The notes under the pieces were generated by a model. That model did not search any database and was not told the origin of the DNA. It was given only the letters and a program-made list of their open reading frames with translations. A DNA stretch of 63,474 bases, counting the filler, from Reticulomyxa filosa (Eukaryota; Protista; Foraminifera), in assembly GCA_000512085.1 (NCBI GenBank). It is 24 parts of 24 records of this genome, joined end to end, with 100 filler letters (N's around TTAATTAATTAA, not from the genome) between each part and the next. Parts side by side here need not be neighbours in the genome. Positions count along the whole stretch, not along the records: positions 22,845 to 26,613 come from ASPP01006291.1; positions 26,714 to 28,612 come from ASPP01015961.1; positions 28,713 to 31,547 come from ASPP01017913.1; positions 31,648 to 32,648 come from ASPP01041949.1; positions 32,749 to 33,992 come from ASPP01013965.1; positions 34,093 to 35,124 come from ASPP01019669.1; positions 35,225 to 36,244 come from ASPP01023738.1; positions 36,345 to 37,793 come from ASPP01042450.1; 16 more parts are not named here. The stretch is one strand, 5' to 3'. Positions 25,251 to 39,409 of this stretch are shown piece by piece. Every line of letters begins with the position of its first letter. Position 1 is the stretch's first letter. The position numbers and the translations under genes are program-made.

Positions 25251-25443
25251 GCGCTACGATACTCACATACTCTTTTCGTTGTTTTTTTATTACTATTTTA
25301 AGATGATTCACTACATTTCGAATGTGTAACGCGTTTATCAAAAAGTATATGTCATTATTAAAAAACGTATTTTTTTTACATTAAAAAAAAGTTCGTCTAA
25401 AATGATTTAAAAAGGGAGAAGCTAAACAAAAAAAAATAAAGTG

Positions 25444-26048
25444 ATGAAAGCTGATCATCAACGAAGCATTCCAAAGGTGATAGAAGATCATCTCTCATAT
25501 CCGCATTATGTGAAGCGGTACGATTGCCTACGACATTTGGGTCATGGAGGCTTTGCACAAGTGTATGAGGTGCGAAGCACAGACAGCGGTAAGACGTACG
25601 CGTGTAAGATAGTGGACAAGCAAATGCTGAGCAAGCCGCAGCACAAGCAGAAGCTGCAAAGCGAGATACGACTGCACCAGAAGCTGCAGCACGCAAATAT
25701 AGTAAGATTCGAGCGATACTTTGAGGACAAGACAAACGTGTATATATTGTTGGAGTACTGCAGCAACAAGTCGTTGATGCAAGTGATGAGCGTGCGGAAG
25801 CGTGTGACAGAGCACGAAGGTCGGTATCTGATCCGAGAGATATTGAAGGGCGTGGAGTATCTGCACAGTCAAAACGTGATCCATCGCGACCTGAAATTGG
25901 GAAATATATTGTTGGACGAACATATGCATGTTAAGTTGTGTGACTTTGGTTTGGCGACGCAATTGGAAGATTCGGACGAGCGAAAGACAACTATTTGTGG
26001 AACTCCGAATTATATTGCACCTGAGATTTTAAATGGACGTACACCGAC

Positions 26049-26087
<39 letters not shown>

Positions 26088-26613
26088 TAATAATAATAAT
26101 AACAATAACAATTTATTATATCGAGGAATGAAACGTGGACATAGCTTTGAGGTCGATGTGTGGTCCATTGGTGTCATATTGTTCACTCTGCTGACCGGCA
26201 AACCTCCTTTTGAAACCAAAGACGTGCAGACCACGTACCAGAAAATTCGCACGCTGAACTACCAGTGGCCCTCCGATATTTGCATTTGCATGGAGGCCAA
26301 AGACATGATTCGCAACATCCTCGTCATCAATGCCGAAGATCGTCCCTCGCTCGCCCAGCTGCAAGTCCATCCCTTCCTCTCCAACTCGCCCCTCGGCATC
26401 CCCAAACAGCTGCCAAAGGTGTGTCTTCAAAGGCCGCCCACCGTTGAAGAGCTCTTTGCCAATCTTCTTCAACGCGATATTCAAGACTGGACGACGACGA
26501 ATTTGGACTTGCAGTCGTCACTGACCAAGACCTTATCTTTTAAAAAGCCACTTGAATCACAATTGCAATCGCAATCGCAATCGCAGCCTCAATCGCTGTT
26601 GCAGCAACAGTTG
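25444..26613 (+). CDS. PLK: Polo-like kinase, kinase domain (3' truncated)
   Basis: LGHGGFA, HRDLKLGN, DFGLA, TICGTPNYIAPEIL and HSFEVDVWSIGVI..PPFET, which are PLK-type signatures. Confidence 0.92.
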
Positions 26614-27889
26614 NNNNNNNNNNNNNNNNNNNNNNNNNNNNNNNNNNNNNNNNNNNNTTAATTAATTAANNNNNNNNNNNNNNNNNNNNNNNNNNNNNNN
26701 NNNNNNNNNNNNNAAAAAAAAAAAAAAAAGGACAAACCTGAGCGAATTCATCATCAACAAATCCTTTTTTCTTAAGAAAATGACCGACTACTTGACCTTG
26801 CACATTGTCCATGTCACATCTTTTTTTTTTCTTGCACAGTTTCCGAATTTTTTTTTCTTCTTAACCCTTTTGCTGTTGTTCTTTGGATGTGATCAATGAA
26901 CAAATCGTGGGAAAACACAATCATTCAAAAATCATCACGGTATAATCGAGCTCACACTAAATTTTTCCGATTGAAAAATAGTGCCACAACATTTGCTGCT
27001 TTCTCATTAATTGTCAATTTCTTATTGCGGTTTGAATTTGCGATGTCAATGTAACATGAGTTCACTTTCGCTTTTACATCAGTGTAGTCTTATATACTTC
27101 CTCATGGCCTTCTCTTTTTAATATAGCACTTCAAATGATCTCATTGGACCTTGTGTGATAAAAAACACATCCCTGTTAGAACGTGACTTACATCGCTTTA
27201 TGAAGCATTTGAATAATTCCAAAAAAAAAAAAAGAAGCAGAAAAGGTTCATTCTACAAAAAGGGAACGTCTACACCTTCTTTAAAAAGTTTAAAAAGTTT
27301 CTTCGTTTGGCAACTTTACGATTTTGCAAAGCTCAATGTCGTTTAACACCTGCATTAATAATTCTGTCTTAGAAAATGAATCTGCAAACAACGACGAAAA
27401 TTTGGAAGGTGTTGTAGAACGTTTTTTTTTTAAAAAAAAAGAGTTGAGAGTTTTTCAGATGTCCTTTTCACTCTTTTTTAAAAATCAAAACAAAAACATT
27501 TCTACGCTGTAATTACTTATGCCCAGAATACCATGAAATACATGTAATTTGCTTGTTGCAAGAGCTTAACAACAGTCAAGAGTGGCGAATGAAAGTGAAT
27601 ATCAACGTGTATGTGAAAGAAGACACAGCGAATGTAATGAAAAGCAGGACATTTACCATACCAGTTGGGGTCGAAGCCATTAAAAGAATACAGTGCGCTT
27701 TGTATTGTGTCATGAAAGGGCTAAAAAGGTTGTGGTTTGAAAAAATTAGAACGTCAACAGTTACGCAATTTTCACAATAACTCCATACATGTACACTACT
27801 GAGTTCTTCGCAGATGATTTTTTTTTTTTTTTGAATCGCTGCCAGTATAAACAAGAGCCGACACCATTTCATTCTACGTATTATTGCGC

Positions 27890-28530
27890 ATGGCTCAAAA
27901 TATGCCGACAAAGCTCGTCGCCTATAACAAGCAAAATAAGTCTCAGCATACCTCCATCGATAAAGTGATAGGAATTACTATGCAATGTGACTTGCATTTC
28001 AACCGAGAGTTTGCGCAACAACAGAAAAGTTTTGCAGACATGACCGCAGCGGCTCAAGATTTTTTTCATAGTCTGGAGCGGACTTCGGACCAAATGAGCC
28101 CAATCTTTGACTACCACAATCGTAGTATTAAAGGTTACTCCGAAGAGCAACAATATCAATTTCGACCACTGCACTCCACACAACAACGCGAAGAAGAAAA
28201 AGATAGACACCAAGCAAACGAAAAAGAAGAAGAACAGAAAAAACATGAAGACAGCCGCACAGTTTGTTTTTTTTTTCCCTCCCCCCCCCCCAAACAGGTT
28301 GAAATACAAATGAAAACATAGAGTTTCACAAATATAATCTGTCAGCACACAAAAGCATCCAAACATGAAGACGCGGTCTTTCTTGGGTCCAACTTGCAAA
28401 GGCCAACGGGTCATCCAAGCACTTTGCCACAAAAACCAAGAGAAGAAAGTCAAGGAGAATTTAGTCGACCGCCGTTGTTTCCTAAGGTTACCCTTCCCCC
28501 AAAAAACAATAAAGTGAGGAAAAAGTACGA
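27890..28530 (+). CDS. Hypothetical protein (two putative exons)
   Basis: Coding-like hydrophilic ORF MAQNMPTKLVAY..., interrupted by a GTTTG...ATAG intron near 28262-28321. No domain recognised. Confidence 0.35.
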
Positions 28531-30679
28531 TAATATAAATAGACGTATATGTGCGACGATAAATGCACAAAACTGTTGATGTGAATATTTATACGTGCCT
28601 TTGGTTCCTTTTNNNNNNNNNNNNNNNNNNNNNNNNNNNNNNNNNNNNNNNNNNNNTTAATTAATTAANNNNNNNNNNNNNNNNNNNNNNNNNNNNNNNN
28701 NNNNNNNNNNNNAAAAAAAAAGGGAAAAATGAAATTAATATCTATTTTGTTCTTGTTATTATTTTCATTTGAACAACTTGACCTTTTTTTTTCCAAAGTT
28801 AAAATATTCCACCACGTTGTTCCGTGAACATACTGCAGCTAATAAAAATTGTGCTGTAGTTGTAAATTGATAAATAGCCTTTCAAAAATTGAATTTGTTG
28901 CCTTGATTGTACATCTCATATGTTATCACTATTTGTTGAACACGAAAAAAGTTTGGAACCACTAGATGAAAACTATATTCCCAGTATTGAAGATTTATGT
29001 TGTAACACGTGAAGTTGTTTTAGTGAAGATGCTCATATTCAAATATTTTTAACGGTGAATAAAATACTACCATTGTAAAAAAAAATTCAAAGAAAAGGAA
29101 ACACACTTGATTCATATTGATCAGTTCTACTGATCACTTGTTTTTTTACTGGAAAATATGCTTATTTTCTTGTCAAGCTATTACATTGAAATACAAAATA
29201 AGTTTCTGTTTAAGAATTGTCAACATTGCTGTTTATTGCCTGAGAACAATCTCAAAAACATACCTTACTTGTGATCTCACCCATTTCAATTTTGCAACCA
29301 CAATAATAAAGATGGCTTAGTGGGCAACCTGATATGTTTCTCAATGGAAAATTGTTTTGTTTGGAAAAATCCTTAAAAATTACCAATTTGGTTTTTTTTG
29401 AGAAGCTATTTCTAAACTTAACTTTTTTTTAAATACTGAACTCAAACATCAACTTTTTTTCTTTTCCTAAGAAAAAAACCGCAAAGTTTCAACACGACAA
29501 AAGAAGTCTGAAAGGTGCCTTCAATAAAACTGGTCCACTCCAGAAAAATGTCTGTACTCCAAATTCTCTTTTTCGAAGAAAGCGTTCCATATTTAAGACA
29601 TACTGTTAAATGATGAAGAGACAATGTTTGTCCATTGAACAAAACCTTGGCGCTTTTCACGTCATTGAAACAAGATCGCGTTTCTTGCGGAGTGAAAGCT
29701 TAACTTATTGGAATTTTTGCAAATGTAACAAGAGTTAATTTCTTGTGCGTGCCGTAGTAGTTTATAACCCATCCTTTTTGCCGATATAGCGCAAATCTAG
29801 CAAAAATACTCAGTTTTCTACTTGTGCAATTTTTTTGCAAGAAATTAGCACAGAATTACTGTGATTCTGTATTTGTTGTATGCCATTGCCCATTCAAAAA
29901 AATAATTTGTGTTTTTGTTGTCAGTACCTGAGGAAATTGATGTCACAAACTTTCCATTCAAAGTCAAGCCAATTTTTAATAAAAAATCCAAATCACTTAG
30001 CCAATTCTGAGATATGGCTTTCTGCAAAAACTAAAGCCAACAAATTGCTTTCTCTTCCTCAGTAACTCGAACAAGCTAAAAAAACTTACTTGTTTCGAAA
30101 TGAAAAATTGTACCATTTAGCACATTATCGCAAACTTGTGATTGCTTTATCAACATGGACCAAGCAAATACTTGTGCAAATTGTGTTTTGATTTCCTTTG
30201 TCTATGTCACTTTTAATTTGCTAAAACCAATTTTGACCAGAAAGTTGTTTTTTATTGTGGTAATGCATGTGCACCATAGATCAATCCATTGCCAAAACAA
30301 AAAACGCACGAAACAACAAAACTTTTCTTTTTCAAAAAAAAAAAAAAAGTATATACGCCTGTGCTAGCGAGACGTAAGAATTGCCTTGCTTTTGATGAGA
30401 AAATTTCATTTTATAAATTGCAGAACTAACAACGCCCGTCCCAAAGGGGGTAATGTATCTAATGACCCACTTTTTATCATACGAAAAAAAAAATTGGTAT
30501 TAGCAGCGTTTTGACTTTTTTTTTTTTTACTCTTTTTCGCAAATTTTTTTTTTTTTTTTTAATTAAATTGAAACTGAATTTATGTATACTTTTTTAAATC
30601 AAATAGAATATCTCCACTTTGGAATTTTTTTTCTTTTTTTTTTTACATATAAAAAAAATAGTTTGCACGTATGAACAAA

Positions 30680-31495
30680 TTATCTCCACAAGCGAATAGT
30701 GCTGTCATTTGATAAAGAAATAATAGTACTATTATCGCTAGAAATATAAGCTTCTGTGACAACGTCAGAATGTCCTCGCACCACTTGTATTAACTGTTTT
30801 GTTTTTACATTCCATAATCGAATTGTTTTATCATACGAGCACGACACGAGGATTTTCCCGTCACACGAAAATTGCACATGCTTGACACTTTTTTTATGTC
30901 CTATAAGCGTTTCTTCATTTCCTGAATTGACATCCAACAGTTTGATATCTTTACTTAAGGTACAGTATGCAATATTACGTCCGTCAGGAGAAAAGTGAAT
31001 GGATTGGATATCGGGATCTCCTGTCCATTTGCGTATTCGCTCGATTGATCTAGCTTTCCAAATCTCAATACTGCCATTGGAAGTTAGTGACATAACTTTG
31101 GTCAGATCTTGGGAAGGATATACCTTAGTAGGACAAATTGCGCTTTGCAAAATTGTATTAACGTGTCCATATTTCAAATCGACTAGTTGAATATCACTGC
31201 CACTGCGGATGAATAAAGACTTATTTGTTCCATAAAAGTGCACATCCGTCACATCGAACAGTCCCAAAAATTGTATCGATTGACCTTGAACATCCCAGAT
31301 TTGAACATCATCATTTGTCCAAGACACCACCAAATTTTGCTTTCGCGCAAACATAGCACCTCGGACGTCCGCATCCAACGTTACTTTTGAATCTCGTACC
31401 AGATCCACCAACTGTCCAAACTCGTCTTGCCATACCACAATTCTCTGTCCATCCGCAGATATCCTTGCACTTGTACGTTTATTTTTTTTCGTCAA
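30680..31495 (-). CDS. WD40-repeat protein, C-terminal exon
   Basis: GHKKSVKHVQFSCDGKILVSCSYDKTIRLWN and GHSDVVTEAYISSDNSTIISLSNDSTIRLW. Confidence 0.92.
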   Translation of the reverse strand: MTKKNKRTSARISADGQRIVVWQDEFGQLVDLVRDSKVTLDADVRGAMFARKQNLVVSWTNDDVQIWDVQGQSIQFLGLFDVTDVHFYGTNKSLFIRSGSDIQLVDLKYGHVNTILQSAICPTKVYPSQDLTKVMSLTSNGSIEIWKARSIERIRKWTGDPDIQSIHFSPDGRNIAYCTLSKDIKLLDVNSGNEETLIGHKKSVKHVQFSCDGKILVSCSYDKTIRLWNVKTKQLIQVVRGHSDVVTEAYISSDNSTIISLSNDSTIRLWR

Positions 31496-31647
31496 TTTTT
31501 TCCATATTACGAAATATTTGGCCTAAACTCCATTTTTTTTTTTTTTTNNNNNNNNNNNNNNNNNNNNNNNNNNNNNNNNNNNNNNNNNNNNTTAATTAAT
31601 TAANNNNNNNNNNNNNNNNNNNNNNNNNNNNNNNNNNNNNNNNNNNN

Positions 31648-32294
31648 TCTTCTTCTTCTTCTTCTTCTTCTTCTTCTTCTTCGTTTTCGTCTTCGTCGTT
31701 TTCCTCTTCATCGTCATGTTCGCTTTCCTCTTTGCGTTTGCTTTTTCCTTTAGTTTTTTCCTCTGAACTCTCACTCTCTAACCATCCATCTATTAGCATA
31801 GGTTCACTTGCTCTTTTTCTCTCTTTTATCGGTTCATTTTCCATTTGTTGTCGGCATACTCTCTCTTTTGCACGTTCTCTCTCTTCTTCTTCTTCTTCTT
31901 TTTTCCCTCTTTGCAACAGTCGACTGAAAAATCCTACCTTTGACGAACTGCCTGCTGGGGGTGTTATTGGTTGGTTCTTTTTATCCACTGCTACGTCCTT
32001 TTTCATTGATATTTTTTAAAAATGATCTCACTTCTCTTCCCTCCCCCCTCCCCCTTTTTTTTAAAAAAAAAATACCGTATTATCTCCTCTTATCATTTTC
32101 TCGTCTTTTTCCTTTTCTTTTTTCTTGGATTTATTCTTCTCTCTTTTATTCACTTTTCCCTTTGCCTTCCTTCCACTTCTTTTTCTTCCTTTCTTTGGCC
32201 TGACATTCTCGGTGCTGCAGTCTGATGCGGCGTCACTTGCTGAGTCGCTATCATATAACATGTTTATTCCTGTCTCCAGTTCATTTTCTGACAT
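31648..32294 (-). CDS. Hypothetical low-complexity acidic/basic protein, 3' truncated
   Basis: Two open exons (MSENELETG...; MKKDVAVDKK...poly-E) separated by a T-rich intron. Confidence 0.45.
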
Positions 32295-32816
32295 CGACAC
32301 GTATTCTTCTCTATTGTGCACAACACCGAATTATAAAGTTTACTTGCTTCGTAAAGCACAAATGTCTTCAACAAATGTAAAACAATTACTGATCACTCTC
32401 TGGATCAAAGCAGACATTATCCGCTACACACTCCATATTACGATTATTTGTCTAACACAAGGCCTTTTTTAAACAAGCAACTTTTGCTTGTACAAAATAC
32501 AGAAATTGATTTTAATCTTTCACATAAATTAACAATTTAAAACAGAAATGGAAATATTTTATTCCTATGTGAGAAACATTAGCTCTTGATATTCTCTAAA
32601 AGTAACATTATTTGATCAATGCACATTTGTATGCATAATAAAAAAAAANNNNNNNNNNNNNNNNNNNNNNNNNNNNNNNNNNNNNNNNNNNNTTAATTAA
32701 TTAANNNNNNNNNNNNNNNNNNNNNNNNNNNNNNNNNNNNNNNNNNNNAAAAAAAAAAATTGTTGCTGGTTTGATGTCGTTGTTAAGAGATACGTACGTA
32801 TAAATGATATACTAGA

Positions 32817-33077
32817 AAAATCGACAAATGCGCTTGCAATTCATTTGCAACTCTCGTGTGAACAACTATCCGGACAAGGAAGAAAGTGTATCCGAAGACG
32901 GATGTACCTACACCATTCGAATCCCGAGTGCGTTGGGCTGTCCTCTTCAGTGTCCAATTGTAGACGAGAAACTGTGCTCTGGAAATGGCATTTGCGATTT
33001 TGACTACACTTCTAAGAAATCCAAATGCTTTTGCTATTACGGTTCACTTTTTTTTTTTTGACGAATTATTCATTTAC

Positions 33078-33109
<32 letters not shown>

Positions 33110-33447
33110 GAAACGGTAAAATTTTTTTTTTTAAAAAAAAAAAAAGGAAAAATCGAAAAAAAAAAAAAAAGAAACAACACACAATACAAAATGCAATGAT
33201 AGGAAAATTTGGAGATGACTGCACTGCAGATCAGGATCCTGATGTAAAGACAGAAGTGAAAGTTGATGACAGTGGATATGTGGCGGGCTTAGTTGTACTG
33301 ATAATACTATTGGTGCTGACCATAGGCATATTGGCGTATTTGTTCGTGAGATTTAGAAAGTCGATGGATCCGACAAAACAAACAAAAGTGAAATTAAACG
33401 ATGAAGAAGAGGACGCCGATACACAAGAACAAGATAACAAATTGTAA
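32817..33447 (+). CDS. Type I membrane receptor C-terminus: MRH (mannose-6-phosphate receptor homology) end + EGF-like domain + TM + acidic tail
   Basis: RLQFIC...EDGCTYTIRIPSALGCP (MRH E..C.Y...GC), CSGNGICDFD...CFCYYG|KFGDDC (EGF), a hydrophobic TM segment and the tail DEEEDADTQEQDNKL. Confidence 0.75.
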
Positions 33448-35228
33448 ACCAAAGAGAAATACAAATAAATAAATAATTTGATTCTTTAATTAAATTGAAC
33501 ACAAAAAAAAAAAGTAGATTTGTTTTTTTTTTGTTTCCAACTTTTTTTTACAAAAATCCCATTCTTCCATGTTTCCTCGTTTTTCTCACTTCATTTTGTT
33601 TTGTTTTTTTTAAAAAACCTTTGCTGATGACAAGGTTGCTGAGGAACCACGTCGTGTCTTGTGCACGTGTGTTTGCTGTTCTCGAGGTTCCCATATAACT
33701 TTTGTGACTTTTCCTAATATTACAAGCAAGTAAGGACCTAAGGGTGGTTAACTGTTCTTTGAAATTATTTTGATATGAACAACTCAAAAATAATCGCACC
33801 ATATATTTCCAATTCGAAGCGAATGCTTTTTTTTCTCAGGTTCTTCAGCAAGTGAAACAGGCCAACGAAAAAAGGCAAGTGTATAAACCTAATTGTTAAC
33901 CGACTTTTTTCATCCCGAAAGTGCTCAGTACGCGTTTTTTTCTTCAGCTTCAAAAAATCCTACATGAAACAATTTACAGTTTGTTATGTTTTNNNNNNNN
34001 NNNNNNNNNNNNNNNNNNNNNNNNNNNNNNNNNNNNTTAATTAATTAANNNNNNNNNNNNNNNNNNNNNNNNNNNNNNNNNNNNNNNNNNNNCACACACA
34101 CATAACACAAATGAATGTGTGTAATCGTGTTCAAAGAAACAATCGCTACAAATGGATGCATCACTGGAAAGACTCACCAATTCATTGGACAAATCCATCA
34201 AACAATTTGATAGCACTATGGACTCAATGAATGATCGGCTTGTGGCATTCTATGCTTTTGTGTATTGTCTGTTATATAATATCGATTTTTGGCACATCCT
34301 TCAAACGAATGATATCGCCGAAAATATGTTGACAAATACTGAGAAAAAGGCCCATACATTGATGATACTAAAAAAAGCATACACCAAATGGGCGGTCACT
34401 ATTTTATACAAATTTGGAACTTTTGAAAAAGTAATTAGGTTTTTTTATTCAATTCATTTTGTAAAATTGATGAAAATTAAATTATTTTCGGCAAACTATG
34501 AACATGTCAACTTGCTTTTTTGTACCCAAATGGGCCTTCTCTTTCAATTTTTTGTTCATTCGTTGTATTGATCAAAATGTAAACACTCTTTTTTAAAATT
34601 ATGCATCAAAACATTTTGATTAACCATAAAATTAAATAACTTTTTCGTTGATGATAGTAAAAGAAGCCAAATATATATGAAAAATCCACTAATAAAAATG
34701 TTTTTATATATCCATTGTATCGCTTTTTTATTTATTGCTCTTCCCACTCCAGATTTCTTGTAAACTACTCTTGCTCGTCGTGTCATTGGCATAAGTTGCG
34801 CTCTTCCACTTCCAACAAAGTTATACGTTTGTGCGAAAGTGGTATCTGCAAAGTCTTGCGTGCACATCCTTCTTCTGTTATTGACAGTGACGGAAAAAAC
34901 TTGATTGGATGTGACAACGACGACGACGATGACGACGGTGGTGGAATTTCCGAAATGCACTCCCAAAATGGCGATGGCGAGACCATGAGAATAAAGCAAC
35001 AGTACTTGTGGTGATGTGGCAAAGGATACTCTTGAAACAGCAGTCTTCGACGTCCGCTTCTCGAAGTTGGACATGGCCTCCAATTGTCAACTGCTTCTGT
35101 CTTTTTTTTTCCCGTTTCTCTGCGNNNNNNNNNNNNNNNNNNNNNNNNNNNNNNNNNNNNNNNNNNNNTTAATTAATTAANNNNNNNNNNNNNNNNNNNN
35201 NNNNNNNNNNNNNNNNNNNNNNNNAAAA

Positions 35229-35320
35229 GTGAGTTGTGTTGAGAAGAGAGTTTTAACCCAATGGGGGTCCCACCGTTCCGTTAGTAGTTGGGGATTTATA
35301 ACAGGGACTTCCCCTACACG
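35229..35320 (-). repeat. Interspersed repeat family copy at contig start
   Basis: GGTCCCACCGTTCC.TTAGTA.TTG.GATT.ATAA.AGGGACTT is the reverse complement of 23033-23123. Confidence 0.75.
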
Positions 35321-37901
35321 TTTTTCATTTTTGCATTTTTTTTATTAATCGAGTTTAAATATTTCATAGTAGAATAATTACGTATTTTTCATCTGCAATT
35401 TGAGTTGATACTTCTTGCTGAAGGGTTTGTTTAGTACTTTTTTTTGTTTGACGTGATTTTTTTTGGAACTTGCTTTGCTCGCTTCTTTGTTGTCGTTCTT
35501 TAGAATAAATTTCGGTTGAAGATTCTCCTCAGACATAATCTATTTAAGTAGATTGGATTGGTACCTCTTTTTTTGTCCTCTTCGTCAAAACAGAGTTTTC
35601 AATAATTTCAAATATAATACTTTTTTTTTTTGTAGCTGTACTTGTCATAAATCAATAGAGATATTCAAACTAGTATTGACCCATAATCAAATTTCAATAA
35701 AAACTTTTTTTTTCATTCAAGGTCAAGTTGGAAAAATGATATCTTCATTTGATGGGACCTATTATCTTAATCATTAAAAAAAATTTGATTTAATTCTATT
35801 TTGATTTTAGATAATTTTTCTAAAATATTTGTAATATGAAAAAGGAAAAATTAGTGTCTTCAACAAGAAGTATACAAAGATTCATCTTATTGCGTGAATA
35901 AAAAGAATGGAGCCATATATAGAAAAAAAAGAGTTTTTCAAAATAAAATTATTTTTATCAAGTGACAGAATCGAAAAAAAAAAATTCTCAAATGGAACAA
36001 CGTTTGATCGAAAGGAGACGATTTGGTAGTGCAAACAAACTATGGAAGATCCAAGGACAGCTCATGTCTCCTACAGTGCGAGCGTTTTATAAAATTCACT
36101 ACGCTCGTCCTCCTCAGTTCCACCAATTCCCTGGGGTAACAAAACAGTAATGGCGACACAAGATCCACCAGGATATCTTCAGGTGATTCAGTATTCAATG
36201 AAAGAATACAGTAGATTGCAAAAAAAACCGCCATACCTAAATGGNNNNNNNNNNNNNNNNNNNNNNNNNNNNNNNNNNNNNNNNNNNNTTAATTAATTAA
36301 NNNNNNNNNNNNNNNNNNNNNNNNNNNNNNNNNNNNNNNNNNNNAATTGAAAGTGGTGAGCTGATGGTTATGGTGATTACATACGCAACCTATATTCTAA
36401 GTTATAATTTTTTTATATAATTTAATTGAAATATGTATGATCAATACTCACGTATAAAACATAGATCTCCAAAGAATATAATACCTTTTTTATCGAGAAA
36501 GTGGCTGTGGTGGTTGCGGTACCAGTAAGAAAGTGAAGCGAAGTGCAAACAAAGACAAATTGGTGTCATTTTTGATCACAAATGTTTGACACTTGCCGCA
36601 AATTTTTTGTCTTTGTGTGCGAATTGTAGTTGTTTTGATTTTTCTTTTAATGAAAATTTTAATGTTCTTTCCAGCTCATCTGATATCTTGAACAAATTAT
36701 AATTATCGTAAAAAAAAATTTCTAAACTTTAATATTTTAAATCTAAAAGAGATGGCATAAGACTGTGTGAAATATTAATTGATTTTACCACTATTTCTGG
36801 CAAAAAAAGATTTAAAACAATATTTCCCTTTTTCTTTGGAAAAAACGAGACCATTCCAAAATTTTTCTAAATATCTGTTCTCCCTTTCGCTTTTGCCGTA
36901 ATGCTTTCCTTGAAAACCAAATGAGAATTTGCTGTGCTTATTGTCCATTGTATGAACCATCATCGATTTGGCAGTATCCAAACAAGTTGGGGCGATGTTG
37001 TGATGTGTAATTTCGAAAAACTGAAGTGACGGCAATCCGCCGTTTTCGCAACATACAATAAATGATTCTTTTTCAACAACAATCATCCAATACTGGAGAT
37101 TGTCTGTCATGTCATAAATGTAAAATGTTCTGTGATGATTCAAATAGTCCAAATTCTCCTTATCTATCGTTGCCTCACGAGTCATTCGCAAGTATTCCTG
37201 GACTTGACGTTTTTCTTTTTCATAACATTGAGATTTGAGGGGCCACGTGCATCTGATTAGCCATTAATTCCTCTTCTGTTCCAGCGATAAGTAAATAGTA
37301 TTTTTAAACTTCTTTTTTGTTCCTGGAGTCAAATGATACCTCACTCTCAAATATCTTTAGGGTTTTGAGTGTCCAAACCATTTCTTTTTTCCAGAATTGT
37401 ATAATCTATATTCTCCCCCCAATATTTCAACCCATCCATTCAAATACAAGCAAATGAATTTTTTAAAAAGAAAAAAGTTTGACGCTCCTTTTTAAAAAAA
37501 ATTCTTTATTTAGAGTGAGTAAAGTCAGAACTTCGTTAAAACAGATTTTTGAAACAACGGAAATCTATTCACAATCACATAGGTCTCAGAGATTGCAACA
37601 AAACTTACTTTTTATTTATTAAAAAAAAAAAAATAAGGGTGTACAAACATATGTACATATATACAAATATAAATATCTTTATGTTTATGTATGTATGTAG
37701 TATACGCACAATGACCTTTTTCAGCCAATAAAAAACTGGACTGGAAAGTGACGGAAATATGTTGGACAAGATTGGGGACTGTGAAGAACACTTNNNNNNN
37801 NNNNNNNNNNNNNNNNNNNNNNNNNNNNNNNNNNNNNTTAATTAATTAANNNNNNNNNNNNNNNNNNNNNNNNNNNNNNNNNNNNNNNNNNNNCCCCCCC
37901 C

Positions 37902-37938
<37 letters not shown>

Positions 37939-39409
37939 CCACACAAATACTACATACGTACCCTTCTTTCTTCCAATGGCGGGACCAAAGAAGGCGTTTT
38001 GTTGAGCAGGTGGTTGAAATTAATGCTTGTCAGTGCGATCCACGTGGCCTTGGACAATTTTGGCTTATGTGATGAAGTATTCGTACCATAATCACGCCTT
38101 TGCGCATCGCTGCCCTTCGTGGTATTGCATCTTTCGATCTCCTGATCTTCGTCCCGCTCCGCTGCTAACTGCTGGTGCGAGTGCTTAAATGATGGTACTT
38201 TTAAATGTGATAGCTTGACTGCCTTATCGGCTTTTCCTTGTTTGTCTTCCGTTGACGCTTGATTAGATAATTTGTTCGTCAATCTTTTCGTTTCGGAAGG
38301 CGCAACAGGAAAAGAATGATTTTCCGAAAAAACGGTCATGCTAAGACAGCCGGTTTTCACGAAAGTTAAAAACATTCAGCAATAAGTAGAACATTATTGA
38401 TATAGATCCAGTCTTGAAAATAGTGATCAACCAAAATTTATTTTTTGGGATTTTTTTTTTCTTCTTCTTTTGTTCCCTCTCAAAACCACCAAAGTTGTTT
38501 GTGAAAGTACTGTCAAGTGACACCTAAAATTTGCTTTGAAATATTTTTTAAGCATGATTAACGTAACTAGTTAATATTGAAACCAATATTATTGGGAGAA
38601 TATACATACATTTTGCTTTCCTTGAAAAAAATTGAACATAAAAGTGGTACCACAACAAATGCAAATATTTAAAGTGAGAATATTTTTTTAAGTTATCATT
38701 GAGCATAGTCTACGTAGTTTTCACATCAAACAACAATTGAGGCAGATGTCCCATAATAAAATATTTACTTTACTATAAATTTCGTTGTTTAAAAATACTC
38801 TTTTTGAAGTTGCTGTTATAACTAAATGAAAATTCTGTCATCATGTAAGGTAGTCACTTTGAAAGTATTGAATTATTTGTTTCAATATGTCACAATTACC
38901 GATCGCTACAACAAAGTTACGTGCGTACAAATGGTATACTGACAAATATTATTTAATAGCAGAGCCAAAACTAGTCAAATAAATCAATACAAAGTAAACC
39001 TAAGCAATTAAAAATCCAAAAATGTATACTCAACAAACCAGGATGGACATACTTTTAACTAAAGATATTTTTAAAAAGATTTAGATTTTGAAAAAAATTT
39101 GAAAGATACATTTAAGAGTTACACATTTTTTATGGAAGAAAGATTATCTTACAAAATGTGACTTTTTCTGTCTTTTTATTACATTGTAAGAAAAAATTAT
39201 TTTCTATAAATCTTTCTTACATAGGAGATTAATATAAATTTAGTTTAGGTGATAAAATATTGAATAGTTTTGTAGAAAATTAATACTCCAATGTCTTTTA
39301 AATGCATTTTTTTCGTTCGCCACTGTTGTTTTTCTGTGTTGCCCTTAAAAAAAAGTTTTGCATTTCCTCCTTTTTATTTATTGCCGGAAAGCTCACAAGT
39401 TTTTCAAAA

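Noticed and set aside
34093-37793. Short ORFs on contigs 12-14
   Set aside because: They have no recognisable domain or consistent exon structure, so they cannot be supported.
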